DNA of 8,189 nucleotides from a virus (Duplodnaviria; Heunggongvirae; Uroviricota; Caudoviricetes): IMG/VR virus record IMGVR_UViG_2529292921_000014; one strand, 5' to 3'. Shown piece by piece: positions 7,650 to 8,189 of this stretch (position 1 is its first letter; each line of letters starts with the position of its first letter). The notes under the pieces were generated by a model. It saw only the letters and a program-made list of their open reading frames with translations, ran no database searches and was not told where the DNA came from. The position numbers and the translations under genes were made by a program.

Positions 7650-8062
7650 TGGGGCTGGTGACGTCATTCAGCTATGCAGGAGACAAGAATCGCCAGCTTA
7701 CCCGTTACAGCGATACCCGCTGGCATGAAGATTCCGTGCGTAACCGCTGGTTCAGCGTGATGGCGGGGCCGTCTGTACGCGTGAATGAATGGTTCAGCGC
7801 GTATGCGATGGCGGGTGTGGCTTACAGCCGTGTGTCGACTTTCTCCGGGGATTATCTCCGCGTAACTGACAACAAGGGGAAAACGCACGATGTGCTGACC
7901 GGAAGTGATGACGGTCGCCACAGCAACACGTCTCTGGCGTGGGGGGCTGGCGTGCAGTTTAACCCGACCGAATCCGTGGCCATTGATATTGCTTATGAAG
8001 GCTCCGGCAGTGGTGACTGGCGCACTGACGGTTTCATCGTGGGTGTCGGTTATAAATTCTGA
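7642..8062 (+). pseudogene. lom: lom 3' fragment (C-terminal beta-barrel portion), separated from its 5' part by the IS
   Basis: Frame-2 translation ...[65 protein letters not shown]...SLAWGAGVQFNPTESVAIDIAYEGSGSGDWRTDGFIVGVGYKF* ends like lambda Lom (C-terminal aromatic residue of an outer-membrane barrel). Same frame as the 5' fragment once the IS and one duplication copy are removed. Confidence 0.85.
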
Positions 8063-8089
8063 TTAGCCAGGTAACACAGTGTTATGACA

Positions 8090-8115
8090 GCCCGCCGGTT
8101 CAGGCGGGCTTTTTT
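8090..8115 (+). terminator. Rho-independent terminator downstream of lom
   Basis: GCCCGCC-ggttca-GGCGGGC hairpin followed by TTTTTT, about 28 nt after the lom stop codon. Confidence 0.6.
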
Positions 8116-8126
8116 GTGGGGTGAAT

Positions 8127-8189
8127 ATGGCAGTAAAGATTTCAGGTGTACTGAAAGACGGCACAGGAAAACCGGTACAGAACTGCACC
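8127..8189 (+). CDS. stf: Side tail fibre protein Stf, first 21 codons; continues beyond the window
   Basis: ATG at 8127 preceded by a GGGGTGAAT RBS-like sequence. Translation MAVKISGVLKDGTGKPVQNCT matches my recollection of the lambda Stf N-terminus, and its position after lom fits lambda gene order. It is absent from the ORF track because no stop falls inside the window. Confidence 0.8.
   Translation, partial: MAVKISGVLKDGTGKPVQNCT

Noticed and set aside
7664-7921. Minus-strand ORF (85 aa) inside the lom 3' fragment
   Set aside because: Antisense to the Lom beta-barrel coding sequence; no supporting signals.
1-8189. CRISPR arrays, tRNA/rRNA genes, toxin-antitoxin pairs, restriction-modification or other defence cassettes
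   Set aside because: No direct-repeat/spacer periodicity, no tRNA-like cloverleaf candidates noticed, and every sizeable ORF is accounted for by tail genes, lom or the IS. No unexplained coding capacity remains.

Overview
This window is the tail-tip / host-range end of a lambda-like (lambdoid, enterobacterial) prophage, all on the + strand: the 3' end of tail tip assembly gene K, gene I (overlapping K by 103 nt), a long J (central tail fibre / host specificity) gene, the moron lom, and the first 21 codons of the side tail fibre gene stf. Two things depart from an intact lambda layout. (1) J is not one open frame: it runs in frame 2 (971-2329), then frame 3 (about 2280-2939), then frame 2 again (2927-4687), i.e. 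a +1 and a compensating -1 indel about 640 nt apart. (2) lom is split by a 2698-bp IS66-family insertion sequence (4944-7641) with imperfect GTAA-initiated terminal inverted repeats and a perfect 8-bp target-site duplication GGACACGC; removing the IS and one duplication copy restores an in-frame lom. The IS carries tnpB and tnpC intact, but its tnpA region is split across two frames at an A6 run. J also has a longer coiled-coil segment and a different C-terminal domain than my recollection of lambda J. Rho-independent terminators flank lom. I do not see a novel defence or other undescribed system here; the content is a known tail module plus a known IS family, and the notable points are the three frame disruptions and the IS-disrupted lom. 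Protein identities rest on my recollection of lambda and IS66 proteins, not on a search. All minus-strand ORFs in the track lie antisense to these genes and are judged spurious.
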